Part shown: positions 61,463 to 64,000 of the stretch, piece by piece
How the letters are laid out: each line of letters starts with the position of its first letter
Position numbering within the stretch: the stretch's first letter is position 1
Assembly: GCF_000143415.4 (NCBI RefSeq)
Contig: NW_003314430.1
Location: forward strand, 1 to 64,000
Length of the DNA: 64,000 nt
Reading direction: 5' to 3'
Source: Selaginella moellendorffii
Taxonomy: Eukaryota; Plantae; Lycopodiophyta
Translations under genes and position numbers: made by a program
Notes under the pieces: model-generated
Databases searched by the model: none
Told to the model about the DNA's origin: nothing
Seen by the model: only the letters and a program-made list of their open reading frames with translations

Positions 61463-62415
61463 TCATGAAAACCCACTCCGCGAGAGGTCGATTACCGCAT
61501 CCCGGCAGCTTCTACCTCGATTTCCCCGCGGCCTATCGATCGATTCGCGCCGGCGCCTACCTGCATCGATCGATCCACGCCGGGAATCGCAGCAGCCGAT
61601 CCACGTCCAAATTAGGGCTGAGATGAAAACCTAGAATGCGGAAGGTGCGCTATTTTGCCAGCCTGGCCGAAATGCCGTGACGTGGAGGATGATGTGTCAG
61701 AAAGAATGCTCTGGACACGTGGCAGCGTCGGCGGCACAGCAGAGGATTGGATGGATCGTTTGTTTTCATCTGACGTATGTTACAGTGATCCATCATTGAT
61801 TGTTAACGATGGTTAAGAAGCGTCGCGGAATGCCCATGGCCCGGGGCGCCATAGCTAGGGTTTATGCGCGCTTGTAGCAAGCGTGCGCTCAGCTCGATCT
61901 CATCGATCGTTTGTCAGCTAGCCGCTCTGTAGCTCTTATTGGACGATCATCTCGGCTTTGTCATTGTCTAATCCATTCTTTGTGCATTCCAGGCGTGCAA
62001 TGTGGGACCTCTAGATCTCCCGTGAAAGCGCCTGCTAGCAGCAGCCATTGCTTGGAATTCGGGGATGCGGCTGCTCTCCGGCAGTGATAAGGGATCGATC
62101 GATGAGGTAAGCGCCCAAAATCTCCAATGCAGGCTGCGAGCTAGCTTCATCCCAGTCTCTTGTCTCCATTGCAGCCGGAAATTTCACCCAAATGCTTAGA
62201 GCATGGGTCGTGCTACGCATCGTGCATTGCTGAGCGTCAAGGTACCCGGTTGCCTCAAAGCCAAGTCCGACTCCCGTGAAGATCACCTCAGATCTAGATG
62301 CTCCATTCTCAGCTTGCTCCATCTTTTCCCCCTTTTCAGCACCTCTGGCCAAGACCACTCTCCCAAGCCATCCAAAGTCCTTGACAGTGGTCTTTCTGCC
62401 TTTTTCAGCTCGATC

Positions 62416-64000
62416 ATGGGATTTAGTGCTCCCTCTCAGTCTCAGTCTCGTCCTTTGAGTCCACCCTTGTCCTCGGAGTCTGTGAGTCCTGCCCGGATCA
62501 GGAGCAGGCTTTTGGTACCTTTCCTCAAGTGTCTAGCTCTTTGCCTCATTAGTATCCTCGTCCTTGTGGCTGTCCTGGGAGGATCCAGGAGCAAGCACCG
62601 TGTTTATACCGGCACTTACAGGCGGTACCAAGAGGGGGGAGCTCTTGAAGTGTTGGGCTATGACCCTGGCTTTCAACTTGGACGAGCTCCTAGTCTTAAG
62701 AATGTGAAAGGGTGTCCAGACGGTATGGAAGACTTCGTTCCCTGCTACGATGTGGCTGCTAGTATCAAGGCCGGATTCAAGAATGGACAAGAGTTCCAGA
62801 GGCAGTGCAAGGTCCAAAAGCAGTGCATCGTCAAGCCTCCCAAAGGATATCGTCTGCCGCCGAGGTGGCCTACTAGCCAAAGAAGTCTTTGGAACAGCAA
62901 CCTCAAAGTAACTGAAGAGCGTCTAGAGAGGTGATGATGTTCTTTTCCTTAGAACAAGTTCACTGAATGGGCTGTGCTTGTGCAGGATTCTCATTGAAGA
63001 AAGCGTGATAAGCTTTCCATCTGAAGAATCTCTCATGGAGGGATACGTTCAACAGCTTGAAGAAATGATATCTGCTGGTGGGAACAGAACTCTTACAGAG
63101 ATGGGGGTACGTCATCTTGCATTTTCTTTGTTCTTTATTTTACAAGATTTCCACAGATCCGATTGGCACTGGACATCGGATGTGGAATGGCTGCCTTTTC
63201 TTCGACTCTTCTGTCAAGAAATGTGCTAACAATGTCTATATCCGCCTACGAGGAGCATGGAGCTCCCGTTCAGTTTGCTCAGGAACGCGGCCTGCCAGCC
63301 ATGATCGGCTCCATCTCTTCGATGCAGCTTCCGTTTTCATTGTCTGCCTACGACATGATTCACTGCAAGGACTGCGGAGCTCAATGGCATGATAAAGGTT
63401 TTTGCAGCTCTTTCCTCGCTTAGATTATTATTGACGTGCGCATAGTCTTGTAGGTGGTTTGCTTCTCTTTGAAGTGAATAGATTGCTTCGCCCCGGGGGA
63501 TATTTCGTCTGGACCCTCCCGTTTCTAGACCAGTCATCCAACAGTATCCTGAAAATAATGGGGAAGTTGACATCCAGTATCTGTTGGAGTCAACTTGCTC
63601 ACAACCAGCGGACCGTTATATGGCAGAAAACAACAAAGCAACGATGCTACACCTCAAGGTATAAGCAGTTGTACATTTTTCACTTCTCGATCTAGCTAAA
63701 TGCATCATCCACAGGCGTTCGACTATGTGCGAGAAGAAAAATCCTGCCGATGTGCTGTTGTACCAGCCGTTGCGGCCATGTGTAACTGAGGCACCGAACG
63801 GGAGGTGGCGTACAGTACAACAGCAGCACTTGTGGCCAAACCGGCTTATGCTGACGGCAAGACGTCTTTCGAGATATGGTATGGTTAGTTTGTTTGTCAA
63901 CCGACTGATAAGTGCGAGTGTTTTGCAGGAATGGTTTCCAAAGATTTCAACGAGGATGTACAATCCTGGTTGGCAAAATTGTCCAACTACTGGTCCCTCT
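62416..64000 (+). CDS. QUA2: QUASIMODO2/TSD2-like putative pectin methyltransferase (Methyltransf_29), multi-exon, incomplete at window end
   Basis: Type II TM anchor, EDFVPCYDV, PPKGYRLPPRWPT, LDIGCG, ERGLPAMIGS and LLRPGGYFVWT; short GT-AG introns. Confidence 0.85.

Overview
Eukaryotic plant genomic DNA. The 50-70 nt introns, GC3-rich compact genes and Tcn1-type chromovirus suggest a non-seed plant such as the lycophyte Selaginella (inference only). About 1-53 kb is a repeat-rich, rearranged block and about 54.9-64 kb is gene-dense. The block holds three nearly identical intronless genes for an MpaB/DUF2236 (Lcp-like) oxygenase. Each is followed by a convergent tRNA-Asp(GTC) and then an inverted, truncated chimeric copy of its own promoter and 5' end. 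Two of these genes form a ~13 kb head-to-head palindrome. Mobile elements include a full-length Ty3/Gypsy chromovirus (40282-52612, TSD CCCTA) whose integrase region is interrupted by two short intron-like inserts. Nested in it is a Tcn1-like chromovirus with a self-priming PBS, a -1 frameshift site and an aberrant 16-bp target duplication. There is also a truncated second Gypsy copy, two TRIMs, a solo LTR, decayed Copia/Gypsy-like relics and a PMT6/7-like methyltransferase pseudogene. The right end encodes a 3-hydroxyisobutyrate-dehydrogenase-like protein, a class III peroxidase, an integrase-H2C2-zinc-finger-like host protein and a QUA2-like pectin methyltransferase that runs off the window.
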